64,000 bases of DNA, from assembly GCA_963825525.1 (NCBI GenBank), contig CAWGTN010000002.1:1035829-1099828 (forward strand), read 5' to 3'. Positions 46,889 to 56,208 of this stretch are shown here, piece by piece (position 1 is the first letter of the stretch; each line of letters begins with the position of its first letter). The notes beneath the pieces are model-generated. The model was not told where the DNA came from. It did not search any database and saw nothing but the letters and a program-made list of their open reading frames with translations. The DNA is from an uncultured Chloroflexia bacterium. Its GTDB lineage: Bacteria; Chloroflexota; Limnocylindria; QHBO01. A program made the position numbers and the translations under genes.

Positions 46889-48015
46889 CAGGCGGCTGCC
46901 GGTCGGCGGCCGTCCGGGCCATCCAGCAGCTCGCGGAACCAGGTCTCGTAGGCGTCGGTGACGGCGGCCCAGCCGTATCGCTCCTCCACGCGCCTCGCCG
47001 CCAGCTCGCGGTAGCGATCGACCTGCGCCGGATCGGCGATGAGAGATGACATGTGCCGCGCCAGGTCCGACGTGTCGCGATACCCGTAGTATGCGCCGGC
47101 ATCGCCCAGCACCTCGCGGTGCTCCGGCACGTCGTGCGCCAGGACCGCGTTGCGATGGCCCATCGCCTCGACCAGGGCGGGATGGGTTCCGCCCACCTCG
47201 GTGGCCTGGACGTGGAGGTAGGCGTTGGCGCCCAGGGCGTGGTAATCATCGCCGTACACGAAGCCCGGGAACTTGACGCGCGGATCCGCGGCCCGCTTCA
47301 CGCGTTCCACGTAATCACGAGCGTAGGGCGCGTCACCAACCATGACCAGCGGAAGGTCCGTTTCGACCTGGCGATACGCCTCCACCACCATCAACGCGTT
47401 GTTCTCCGGTTCCATGCGACTGACGTACAGGAGATAACGGTCCGGCTCCAGTCCGTAGGCCCCCAATCGCTCGGACAGCGAGCCTCGGTCCCATAGCTTC
47501 GTGCCGTAGACGAAGCAGCGTGTCTCGCGGCCGAGTCGCTCACGGTAGTAGTCCTGGATCACGTCGGCGTCGGTCACCACGTTGATCGGCATGCGAGCGG
47601 CCAGCTTCGCGGCCCAGCGGTAGTAGCGACGAGCGAAGCGGCCCCACTTTTTGCGACGCCATTCCAGCCCGTCGACGTTGAGGACGGTGGCCTGGCCGCG
47701 CAGCCAGGGGATGTAGCAGATCGGCGCGTTCGCGCTGTTGCAGACATAGACGATGTCGAAGTTCCGGAGCGCGGCGTGGAGCGCGGAGAGCAACGTGTGC
47801 GACAGGGTCTCGGCGTGCTTCTGCGGAATGGCCGGCAGCCGCACCAGGCTCATGCCCCGATACGTTCGCATGTCCGCCGGGACATACGCCGAGCGGCAGT
47901 AGACGGTGACCTCGTGACCTCGTGACGCAAGCTCGGCACCGAATTCGTCGGCGAACGTCTCGAAGCCACCATAGGTGGCTGGCACGCCACGCGTGCCCAG
48001 GATGGCAATCCGCAA
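46888..48015 (-). CDS. GT4-family glycosyltransferase with DUF1972-type N-terminus (rhamnosyltransferase-like)
   Basis: The N-terminus MRIAILGTRGVPATYGGFETFADEFGAELASRGHEVTVYC and the EX7E-like C-terminal GT-B domain are present. Confidence 0.8.
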   Translation of the reverse strand: MRIAILGTRGVPATYGGFETFADEFGAELASRGHEVTVYCRSAYVPADMRTYRGMSLVRLPAIPQKHAETLSHTLLSALHAALRNFDIVYVCNSANAPICYIPWLRGQATVLNVDGLEWRRKKWGRFARRYYRWAAKLAARMPINVVTDADVIQDYYRERLGRETRCFVYGTKLWDRGSLSERLGAYGLEPDRYLLYVSRMEPENNALMVVEAYRQVETDLPLVMVGDAPYARDYVERVKRAADPRVKFPGFVYGDDYHALGANAYLHVQATEVGGTHPALVEAMGHRNAVLAHDVPEHREVLGDAGAYYGYRDTSDLARHMSSLIADPAQVDRYRELAARRVEERYGWAAVTDAYETWFRELLDGPDGRRPAAA

Positions 48016-48053
48016 GCTCGTACTCCCGTGCGGCGCAAGCGCAGAATTGCAGC

Positions 48054-49130
48054 TCAGCGCGCTGTCGCCACCGGTCGGGTCGGTCGCGATCCCAATTGCT
48101 CGTCGAGGATACCCGCTTCGCGGGCCAGTCGCAGTTGCTCCAGACGGGTCAGGCGCAGGTCCTGGACCGTCTTGGCCACGAGCCCCACCCGTCGATAGTG
48201 ATCGACCAGCTCCTGGATGGATCCAGCCACTCGCCGCCGGATTCTTGCCTCGGGCAGGAGGCGCTCGACGAGCTCGAAACGCACCCGGTAGCTGCGACGA
48301 TCGACCCAGGCGCCGGGGTCCGCGCGGACAACCGACTCCGGTACCGCATCGGCGGCGATCTCGGCCAGCTCCGCGATGGCGTGGTTGTTCTCGGCCGAGC
48401 CGACGTTGATCGGCCCCACTGATAGCAGCCGATAGTCGTCGTCCGACCGCCGCAGGATGGCCGCCGTCACATCGACGAGATCGTCGATGTGCAGCTGCGG
48501 ACGAAAGGCGTCGCCGGTACTGATGAGTCGGACGACGCCGGTGGTAAGCGCCCAGGCAGCCATGCCGTTGACCAGCAGGTCGAGGCGCAGCGCCGGCGAG
48601 TAGCCGAAGACCGTCGCGTTTCGGAGGATCACCGGCTGGAAGCGCTCATCGGCCATGGCGGACAGCGCCTGCTCCATGCGGACCTTCGAATCGGCATACG
48701 GGGTCAGCACCCGGGGCGGCGTCTGCTCGTTCACAAAGCCGTCCGCATGGCCGTACACCGAGCACGAGCTGTAGAACACGAACCGCCCGATGCCCCGCGC
48801 CCGAGCCATCTCGGCCAGGCGCAGCGAGGCATCGACGTTGATCTCCCGCGTCACCGCCGGGTTGACATCGGCCATCGGGTCATTCGAGACCGCGGCGAGG
48901 TGACAGACCGCATCGACCCGGCCCAGCAACGCGTCGACCCAGGCCGGATCATCGCCGATGACCTGGCGCAGATCGACCACGTGCTGTTCATCGACCGCGG
49001 GCCGCTCCTCCACGAGGTCGTCGGCGAACCACCCGGCGTCGAGACCGATGACGGTGTGCCCCTCCCTCCGCAGCCGCTGGCCGAGGACGGTGCCGATGTA
49101 ACCGAGGTTGCCGGTGACGAGAACTCGCAC
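48054..49130 (-). CDS. NAD-dependent epimerase/dehydratase (SDR)
   Basis: The translation MRVLVTGNLGYIGTVLGQRL...YADSKVRME is an SDR. Confidence 0.75.
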   Translation of the reverse strand: MRVLVTGNLGYIGTVLGQRLRREGHTVIGLDAGWFADDLVEERPAVDEQHVVDLRQVIGDDPAWVDALLGRVDAVCHLAAVSNDPMADVNPAVTREINVDASLRLAEMARARGIGRFVFYSSCSVYGHADGFVNEQTPPRVLTPYADSKVRMEQALSAMADERFQPVILRNATVFGYSPALRLDLLVNGMAAWALTTGVVRLISTGDAFRPQLHIDDLVDVTAAILRRSDDDYRLLSVGPINVGSAENNHAIAELAEIAADAVPESVVRADPGAWVDRRSYRVRFELVERLLPEARIRRRVAGSIQELVDHYRRVGLVAKTVQDLRLTRLEQLRLAREAGILDEQLGSRPTRPVATAR

Positions 49131-49865
49131 CTACGGTGCCTTCGCCCTTGTGTCACGCACCGCGGCAGACGCCTCGAACAGCGCGTCGATGGTGCCGGCG
49201 TCGGCCCACCTCCCCACGTACTCGTGGTGCACGAGCGATCCCGCCGCGAGGTAGTGGTTGAGCAGGTCGGTGATCTCGAATTCACCGCGCGCCGATGGGC
49301 GCAGCGAGTCGATGACGTCGAACACGTCCGGGCGGAAGAAGTAGACGCCGATCGGGATGAGGTTGCTGGCCGGCGCGTCCGGCTTCTCCTCGAAGCTGGC
49401 CAGCGTCCCGTCGGGGTTGAACGAGGCGACGCCGAAGCGCTCCGGATCCGGGACCGCGGTGAGGACGGCTCCGCCCATCGCTTCACCATCGACGAACGAT
49501 CGGGAGGCATCGCTGATCGGGTCCAGCAGGATGTTGTCGCCAAGGACGATGCAGACCGGGTCGGACCCGGTGAACTCGCGGCCGAGCGCGATGGCGTGGG
49601 CGATGCCGCGAGCTGCCGGCTGATAGCGATACGTGATCCTGAGGCCAAGCTCCGACCCGTCCTGGAGGAGCTCCACGATCTCGCCCACCGATCGACCGCC
49701 CAGAACGACCAGCACGTCGGTGACGCCCATCTCGCGCAGCGTCTGCAGCGGGAAGTGGATCATGGGCCGATCCCAGACCGGGAGCAGGTGCTTGTTCGTG
49801 ACGTTGGTCAGCGGGGCGAGGCGCGATCCGCTGCCTCCGGCGAGCACGATTCCCTTGAGCGGCAC
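49131..49865 (-). CDS. rfbA: Glucose-1-phosphate thymidylyltransferase-like sugar nucleotidyltransferase
   Basis: The translation KGIVLAGGSGSRLAPLT...KHLLPVWDRPMIHFPL...VLGDNIL...EKP...RGEFEITD closely parallels E. coli RfbA. GTG start at 49865 with AGGAGGG upstream. The rest of the 804-aa track ORF is antisense to the wzy-like gene. Confidence 0.8.
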   Translation of the reverse strand: MPLKGIVLAGGSGSRLAPLTNVTNKHLLPVWDRPMIHFPLQTLREMGVTDVLVVLGGRSVGEIVELLQDGSELGLRITYRYQPAARGIAHAIALGREFTGSDPVCIVLGDNILLDPISDASRSFVDGEAMGGAVLTAVPDPERFGVASFNPDGTLASFEEKPDAPASNLIPIGVYFFRPDVFDVIDSLRPSARGEFEITDLLNHYLAAGSLVHHEYVGRWADAGTIDALFEASAAVRDTRAKAP

Positions 49866-50003
49866 GTTCCCTCCTGGGCGTTGTGGACCGCTCGAGGATA
49901 GACGACCGGAACGGACCCCGAGGCGATCGACGGGGCCGTCGCTGGTAGACTTGCCGCTGTTCCCTGCCGAGGAAGAACAACGCTGTCCGACATCATTCTC
50001 GCG

Positions 50004-51425
50004 GTGGGCGTGGGCATGGCCATCGCGCTCGGAATCGTCATGTGGCAGCCGGGGTGGAGACTGCCGGCGCTCGCGTTCGCACTGCTGGCGATCCCGGGCA
50101 ACGTGGACAACCTCGGGCCCCAGATGCTGCTCGATCCGAATGCGCTGACGAACAACACGGCGCCCGTGATCTCGGTCATCGATCTCCTCATCGGCCTGGG
50201 CCTGGCGCTCTCCCTGCGGGAGCGAGGCCGGTCTGTTCTCGACGGCGCCGGACGGTGGGTGATCCCCGCGGCGCTGCTGGTCTTCGCGCTCGCCTCGATG
50301 GTCAGCCTCGTCAACCTGGCCCAGGGAGCTCCCCTGCCGTCCACGGTGCGCGCCATCCTTCTCTTCGGCCGAATTCCGGCCCTGATCGTCATTGCGGTCG
50401 CCACCGCCAACCACCTGGGTGACGGACGCCGTTTGGCGGCCGGCATCGGCCTCGGGCTCATTCCACTGCTGGGCAACGGGCTGTACACCTCGACCCAGCT
50501 CGAGGCCACGCGCTTCACGGCGTCGACGTTCGGTCGCAACGGCTTCTCTCTTGCCCTCGTGCTCGGCGTGTTCGCCGCTGCGGGCGTGGCCATCGCCCTG
50601 CTGGCACGGGGAGGATCCACCCGACGGATGGTCGTGGGCATCGGCGCCACCATCCTCGCCTGCCTGGGGCTGTTCGCCGCAATCGCCACCGGGACCCGAA
50701 TGTCGATCCTCGCCGCGGTTCCGGCAGCGGGGCTGGCCCTGCTCCTGAATCGTGGCTGGCATTCGCGGCGCGGCCTCGCGAGCCTCGCCATGGTCGGCGT
50801 CCTCGTGCTCATGACGGGAGCCGCGGCCGTGATGTGGACTCCCGAGGGACAGCGGGCCATCTCGGCGATCATCGATCCCGGCGGGACGGTCGACATGGTG
50901 ACGAACCCCGACGACGAGCCGTGGTATTCGCCGATGCGCACTCGCGCCCGCTGGTGGGCGCAGGCTCGGGCCATGGTGGTGGCCGACCCCCTGACCGGCG
51001 TGGGCGCCTGGCAATGGAACCACGTGCGGTACGAATCCGATCCAGATGCGATCGTGGCGGTGGCGGACCCCCATAACACCTTCCTCCAGCTGGCCGCCGA
51101 ACTCGGGCTGCCCGTGCTCGTGGCCTACGCGGCGCTGCTCGTCGCGGTGATCGGGTCCGGCCTGGTGGGGGCGTGGCATCGCGCCTCCCTCGTCGCGACC
51201 GCCTGGCCCCTCACCCTGCTCGCCGTGGCCACGCTCATGATCCCGATCACCGAGATGACCAACTCGCACCTGTTCAACGTGCGGCTCGGCCCGCTGACGT
51301 GGCTGTTGCTCGGCGCGTTCCACGTCGCGACGGCACCGGGAGTTGCCCCGGGCTGGGCCGCAATCCGGCGTCGCTTTGGGCGAGGGTCGAGTGCCCCGGG
51401 TGGTCATGCCGCAGACCCTGCCTGA
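50004..51425 (+). CDS. O-antigen ligase/polymerase-like (Wzy/WaaL family) integral membrane protein
   Basis: About 11 TM helices are predicted, with a large periplasmic-loop region between helices. The architecture is that of the O-antigen ligase-like domain. Confidence 0.65.
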   Translation: MGVGMAIALGIVMWQPGWRLPALAFALLAIPGNVDNLGPQMLLDPNALTNNTAPVISVIDLLIGLGLALSLRERGRSVLDGAGRWVIPAALLVFALASMVSLVNLAQGAPLPSTVRAILLFGRIPALIVIAVATANHLGDGRRLAAGIGLGLIPLLGNGLYTSTQLEATRFTASTFGRNGFSLALVLGVFAAAGVAIALLARGGSTRRMVVGIGATILACLGLFAAIATGTRMSILAAVPAAGLALLLNRGWHSRRGLASLAMVGVLVLMTGAAAVMWTPEGQRAISAIIDPGGTVDMVTNPDDEPWYSPMRTRARWWAQARAMVVADPLTGVGAWQWNHVRYESDPDAIVAVADPHNTFLQLAAELGLPVLVAYAALLVAVIGSGLVGAWHRASLVATAWPLTLLAVATLMIPITEMTNSHLFNVRLGPLTWLLLGAFHVATAPGVAPGWAAIRRRFGRGSSAPGGHAADPA

Positions 51426-52887
51426 GGGAGCGGGCGCCGCGGACGTCGCCCTGCGCTGGGCACAACACTGGGCGCAGCGCTGGTTTCTCGACGACGACGG
51501 CCACGATCGCCTCCGCATCGGCTCCATCGAAGCGGGATGGGCCACCCACGTGGAGGCCTACTACCTGCTCCACGCATTCGCACAGCGTCACCTGGGGCAG
51601 GACGCTGGACGGGCGAGTCTCGCCTCGCGCCTCAAGGCGTCCGGACACGACCGGCTGATTCGCGCCGTGGGACTGCGCGCGATGTCGAGCACCTCGACGG
51701 CGCGAGTGGTGCCGGGCCGCATTGCCTGCATCCTCGAGATCCCCACCCCGTCGATGTCCGATGGTGTCATCGCCGTCGCCCGGGCAGCAGGGCCGGACAC
51801 CGCTGTGCTCGCTGCCGACCATCGCGCCATGCGCCGGGCGGGTCGTGCCGGCCTGCGCCCAGCGGCCCTCCAACTATCGCCAACTGATCAGGCCCGCCTC
51901 CTGCGCCGGGCGGCACGAGCCTCGGCCAGGGGCTATGGCGAGGTGGTCCGGCGTCCTCCGGTCATGGACCTCGATGGCGACGACGTCGCGGAGGCGGCGC
52001 TCCGAGCCCTCGCGCCACTCGTCCTGCGCTCGGTCCCCTGGCTCGTGCCAGAGGCTGCGGCGCTCGAGAAGGCTCTCGACTCCGTGCGTCCGGTGTCCGT
52101 CGTCCTAGCCACCGACCAGCACCGTATCGGCAGGCTGGCCGTGAGCATTGCGCGGCGGCGAGGGATCCAGTCGATCGCGATCCAGCATGGCCTGCCGCAG
52201 GCGCGGGTGGGCCTGGTTCCGGTGGTGGCGGACACCGTCGCCGTCTGGTCATCGGAATCACGCGACTGGTTCCTCAGCCACGATACTGACCCGGGCCGCG
52301 TCGCGGTCACCGGGAACCCGCGATGGTCCGGGGCAGCACACGGCCCGAGTCGGGCAACGCCCACGGTCGTGGTTGCCCTGTCGCCGACTGACGTCGGGGC
52401 CAACCGTGCCGCTGTCCGCATGGCGATCTCCGCCGTCGAGCGCGCGCCGGAGTCAATGCGCCTGATCGTCAAGCTTCATCCCGGCCACCGTGACTGGGGC
52501 TGGGTGCGCGAAGAGATCGGCGATCGACGCTCGGTTCGCGCGGTGATGCACGAACCGATCGAACCACTGCTCGAGGCTGCGCAGGTCGTCATCGTGCTGC
52601 GATCGACCGTGGCCATGGATGCATTGGCCGCGGGGACGCCGGTTGTCCTGCTGCGCGTTCCGCATGGGTCGAGCGCCGCGGACCTGGAGCTCGCCGGATT
52701 GGGGCTGCCGGTCGCGTCCGATTCGGAGCAGCTGGGGCGCGAGCTCGCGGCGCTGCGAGGGACAGCGGCGCGAGACCGCTATTTCGCAGATCGCTCATCG
52801 GCGCTCCAGGCATACCTGGGACCGGTCGGGTCCGGGGCGGCCACGATCGCCGCGCTCGCCGCGGATGGCTCCTCGACACGCCGCTGA
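51406..52887 (+). CDS. Hypothetical protein inside the glycan locus; weak resemblance to TagB/TagF-type CDP-glycerol glycerophosphotransferases or capsule-synthesis proteins
   Basis: The translation VVALSPTDVGANRAAVRMAISAVERAPESMRLIVKLHPGHRDW...AQVVIVLRSTVAMDALAAGTPVVLL is a Rossmann-like C-terminal half with a K-x-HP motif. No confident family assignment is possible. Confidence 0.45.
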   Translation: MPQTLPEGAGAADVALRWAQHWAQRWFLDDDGHDRLRIGSIEAGWATHVEAYYLLHAFAQRHLGQDAGRASLASRLKASGHDRLIRAVGLRAMSSTSTARVVPGRIACILEIPTPSMSDGVIAVARAAGPDTAVLAADHRAMRRAGRAGLRPAALQLSPTDQARLLRRAARASARGYGEVVRRPPVMDLDGDDVAEAALRALAPLVLRSVPWLVPEAAALEKALDSVRPVSVVLATDQHRIGRLAVSIARRRGIQSIAIQHGLPQARVGLVPVVADTVAVWSSESRDWFLSHDTDPGRVAVTGNPRWSGAAHGPSRATPTVVVALSPTDVGANRAAVRMAISAVERAPESMRLIVKLHPGHRDWGWVREEIGDRRSVRAVMHEPIEPLLEAAQVVIVLRSTVAMDALAAGTPVVLLRVPHGSSAADLELAGLGLPVASDSEQLGRELAALRGTAARDRYFADRSSALQAYLGPVGSGAATIAALAADGSSTRR

Positions 52888-52905
52888 TCACGGCGGGCGC
52901 GCGCT

Positions 52906-54252
52906 CTACGGCGTGGTCGCGCCGCCGGCCGACGCATTATCGAAGATCCGCGCTCCCAGCTCCAGGATGGCCTCGAAATCGGGAATGAGGATGTAGCCGG
53001 CCGCACTGTTGGTCTCCACGGTCACGTACCCGTCGTCGGGCGTGAGCACCACCTGCTCGAGTGAGCCGAGGTCGGCGTCCTGGGCCTCGGCGGCGATGGC
53101 CGGGATGCGATCCGATGGGATATCGGTGGCGACGTTGTCGCGGATGGCGTCGAGCAGTCCGGGAAGCGTGACCAGCAGGTTGCCGGCCGTCAGCTTCTCG
53201 GCAATGGCGGTCAGCAGGACCTGCTGGCGGGCCGCGCGGGTGAAGTCGCTGTCCCCGGCCCCGAGGCGTGATCGGGCGAACGCCAGGGCGGCCTGCCCGT
53301 CGAGATGGTGGCGACCCGGCGAGATATAGAAGCCACGCGTGCCGGTGAGCGTGTCGACGTACCGCGGGTCGTCGATCGCTCGCTCGACGAAGACCTCGAC
53401 GCCGCCGATGGTGTCGACCACCTGCCGCATGCCGTCGATGTCGATCGCCGCGAAATAGTGAATTCGGGTGCCGAGCAGCTCCCCGATCGCCGCCTTGAGC
53501 GTGCCCGGCCCGCCGAGCGGGAACGTCTCGAGATCGGCGCCCGCCGATGACATGAGCGAGTTCAGCTTCGCGTTGTACACCCGCCCGTCACCGAGCGGCA
53601 CGCCGTACAGATCGCGCGGCACCGAGATCATGGCGCCCTCCCCGGTGTGCGGGTCCAGCGTGGCGACGAGCATCGTGTCGGTCAGGTGCTCGTCGCGCCC
53701 CTGGGCGAAATCAATGCCCACCAGCAGGACGGTGAGCCGCTCTCCGAGACCCAGATCGGGCTGGAACGAGGGTGTCGAGATGGCCACATCCTCGCCTCCC
53801 CGATCATCGAACAGTGCGCCGCCACCCTCCAGGGCCACCGAGTCGAGGGCATCGATCGCCTTCGACGCGTAGTAGGCGGGCACGCCGTGCATCGCGACGG
53901 TCACGATCACGAGAACCGCGGTGAGCCAGGTCGGCCACGAATGGACGTCGAAGCGCGAGCGCTCGTGATGGGCCTGGAGGATCGAGACGAGACGCCAGCC
54001 GAGGAGCGCCAGGTCGAGCACGATGAGCGCGATAAGAACCCGAACGTCGAGCATGCGACTGATGGCGGCCGTCCCGCCCTGCGCGACCACGATCAGGATG
54101 AGCGCCACCACCAGCACCACGGGCAGGGCGAACAGCGACGCCAGGGCCCACTGGCGGTTGTAGGCCTGGCCGACGCCGGGGAAGACGAACGAGAGCAGCG
54201 CCGCCGCCGCGGAGCGCGAGCCCGCGGGGTGCGCTGGACGTGATCGGATCAC
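52906..54252 (-). CDS. LytR-CpsA-Psr (LCP) family cell-wall polymer ligase
   Basis: An N-terminal TM anchor is followed by the LCP catalytic domain ERLTVLLVGIDFAQGRDEHLTDTMLVATLDPHTGEGAMISVPRDLY...FFAAIDIDGMRQVVDTIGGVEVFV. GTG start at 54252. Confidence 0.8.
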   Translation of the reverse strand: MIRSRPAHPAGSRSAAAALLSFVFPGVGQAYNRQWALASLFALPVVLVVALILIVVAQGGTAAISRMLDVRVLIALIVLDLALLGWRLVSILQAHHERSRFDVHSWPTWLTAVLVIVTVAMHGVPAYYASKAIDALDSVALEGGGALFDDRGGEDVAISTPSFQPDLGLGERLTVLLVGIDFAQGRDEHLTDTMLVATLDPHTGEGAMISVPRDLYGVPLGDGRVYNAKLNSLMSSAGADLETFPLGGPGTLKAAIGELLGTRIHYFAAIDIDGMRQVVDTIGGVEVFVERAIDDPRYVDTLTGTRGFYISPGRHHLDGQAALAFARSRLGAGDSDFTRAARQQVLLTAIAEKLTAGNLLVTLPGLLDAIRDNVATDIPSDRIPAIAAEAQDADLGSLEQVVLTPDDGYVTVETNSAAGYILIPDFEAILELGARIFDNASAGGATTP

Positions 54253-54343
54253 TGAACTCCGGGTGACAGAGGGCGGCGAGGGCGAGTATACCCAGACGCC
54301 GCCGCACGACCAGATGTTGCGACCGATCCGGCATACTGCGGCC

Positions 54344-54877
54344 ATGACAGCCGCGTCGCCTCGCGGTCCGGTGGAGGTCACCGTCGAGATCCCGTCCGGC
54401 AGCCGCAACAAGTACGAGTACGACCACGTACGCCACCGTTTCGTGCTGGATCGCACGCTCTACTCGAGCGTCCACTACCCGTGCGACTACGGATTCATCG
54501 AGGGCAGCATGGCCGATGACGGAGACCCGCTCGACGTGCTCGTCGTCCTTGCCGAGCCGACGTTCCCCGGCTGCGTTGTCCGTGTCCGGCCCATCGGCGT
54601 GCTCGACATGGCCGATGAGAAGGGCCACGACTTCAAGATCCTGGCGGTGGCGTCGGACGATCCGCGCTGGGATGCCATGCACAAGCTCGAGGACCTCTCG
54701 CCGCATCGGCTGCTCGAGATCGAGAACTTCTTCAAGACCTACAAGACGCTCGAGAAGCGGCCGACGGACGTGCGCGGCTGGCTCGGCGTCGATGACGCGT
54801 GGCGAATCATCGACGCGGCGATGGCCACCGGGGCGAGTGGCGACCCCTCGGCATCGGCTCCGGGAACCTGGCGCTAG
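54344..54877 (+). CDS. ppa: Inorganic pyrophosphatase (family I)
   Basis: The translation VEIPSGSRNKYEYD...YPCDYGFIEGSMADDGDPLDVLVV...DEKGHDFKILAV is a classic Ppa. Confidence 0.9.
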   Translation: MTAASPRGPVEVTVEIPSGSRNKYEYDHVRHRFVLDRTLYSSVHYPCDYGFIEGSMADDGDPLDVLVVLAEPTFPGCVVRVRPIGVLDMADEKGHDFKILAVASDDPRWDAMHKLEDLSPHRLLEIENFFKTYKTLEKRPTDVRGWLGVDDAWRIIDAAMATGASGDPSASAPGTWR

Positions 54878-54880
54878 CGG

Positions 54881-56197
54881 TCAGCTCCAGCCGGCTCCGA
54901 GCCGGAGCACCTGGCCGGGTCTTACCTTCCGATCGCGCGACGCGTCGCGCGTGTCGACGATGAGATCGGCCCGGGCGAAGACCGCGTCCCAGTCGATGTC
55001 GCGATGCGCGGTCACGATGACGACGCAATCCGGCTCGGCCCCCAGCCCGTCCTCAAGCGAGACGCTCTCCAGTGGCGTACCGCCCACGCCGGGGACCTCG
55101 TGGCTGGCGCCGGGATCGAAGGCAGGGAGACGCGGGTCGTGGTAGCTGACCTCGGCGCCCGCGGCCTGGAGGCCGGCGATGATCGGCGCGGCCGGAGAAT
55201 TCCGGTCGTCCGACACATCGGGCTTGAAGGCCACCCCGAGCACGAGGATCCTGGCGCCGCGCAGCGCCCTGCCGCGTGAGTTGAGGGCGGTCATGACCAG
55301 CGTGATGACGTGCTCGGGCATGCGCGAGTTGATGTCGCCGGCGGTCTCGATGAAGCGCTCGTGGAATCCGACCTCGCGAGCGCGGGAGGCGAGGTAGTAC
55401 GGATCGACCGGGATGCAGTGGCCGCCGACGCCCGGTCCGGGGAAGAACGGCATGAAGCCGAACGGCTTGGTGGAGGCGCCCCGGATGACCTCCCACACGT
55501 CGAGGCCGAGCCGCTCACAGATCAGCGCCAGCTCGTTGACGAGCGCAATGTTCACGTTGCGGAAGACGTTCTCGAACAGCTTCGCCAGCTCCGCGGCATC
55601 CGGGCTCGTCATCTCGGTCACCGACGGCGAGATGGGGCGCAGGATGGCGGCCGCTCGAGCCGTGGTCGCCTCGTCGATGCCGCCGACCAGGCGAGGGATG
55701 CTCGACGACGGCCGTCCCTCACCCGGACTGACACGTTCCGGAGAGAAGGCAAGGCCGAAGTCCGCGCCGGCGCGCAGGCCATCCTCCTCGAGCAGGGACC
55801 GCAGCGGGCCCATGGTGGTGCCGGGATACGTGGTGCTCTGGAGAACGACGAGGTCGCCCTGGCGCAGCCCGCGCCGGACATAGGCGCCGGCCGCCCTGAT
55901 CGGGCCGAGATCGGGCTCGCGGCTGGCGGTGACCGGCGTCGGAACGCAGATGAAGGCGACACTGGCATCGGTCCAGTCCGTCTCGGGGGTGACCGGCGTG
56001 AAGCTCCCGTTGTCGATGGCCGCGGCGATCCGCGCGCCGTCGACATCATCGATGTAGCTCACGCCGCCACGCAGCTGATCGAGACGCTCCGCGGAAGCAT
56101 CCACGCCCATGACCCGGTGCCCGGCGTCAGCCAGGTCAAGCGCCAGTGGCAGGCCGACGTAGCCAAGGCCCACCACGGCCACCGCCTCATCCGCCAT
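54881..56197 (-). CDS. Nucleotide-sugar dehydrogenase (UDP-N-acetyl-D-glucosamine/mannosamine 6-dehydrogenase-like, WbpA/TviB-type)
   Basis: The N-terminus MADEAVAVVGLGYVGLPLALDLADAGHRV... is followed by the Cys region GPGVGGHCIPVDPYYL. Start is at the second ATG, preceded by AAGGAGG. The upstream 250 aa of the track ORF are antisense to the GT gene. Confidence 0.85.
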   Translation of the reverse strand: MADEAVAVVGLGYVGLPLALDLADAGHRVMGVDASAERLDQLRGGVSYIDDVDGARIAAAIDNGSFTPVTPETDWTDASVAFICVPTPVTASREPDLGPIRAAGAYVRRGLRQGDLVVLQSTTYPGTTMGPLRSLLEEDGLRAGADFGLAFSPERVSPGEGRPSSSIPRLVGGIDEATTARAAAILRPISPSVTEMTSPDAAELAKLFENVFRNVNIALVNELALICERLGLDVWEVIRGASTKPFGFMPFFPGPGVGGHCIPVDPYYLASRAREVGFHERFIETAGDINSRMPEHVITLVMTALNSRGRALRGARILVLGVAFKPDVSDDRNSPAAPIIAGLQAAGAEVSYHDPRLPAFDPGASHEVPGVGGTPLESVSLEDGLGAEPDCVVIVTAHRDIDWDAVFARADLIVDTRDASRDRKVRPGQVLRLGAGWS

Positions 56198-56208
56198 GCC
56201 GACCTCCT

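Noticed and set aside
49866-51545. Upstream 560 aa of the 804-aa minus-strand ORF 49131..51545
   Set aside because: It is antisense to the Wzy/O-antigen-ligase-like membrane protein gene. Only the last 245 aa (49131..49865) form the rfbA-like gene, which has its own RBS and GTG.
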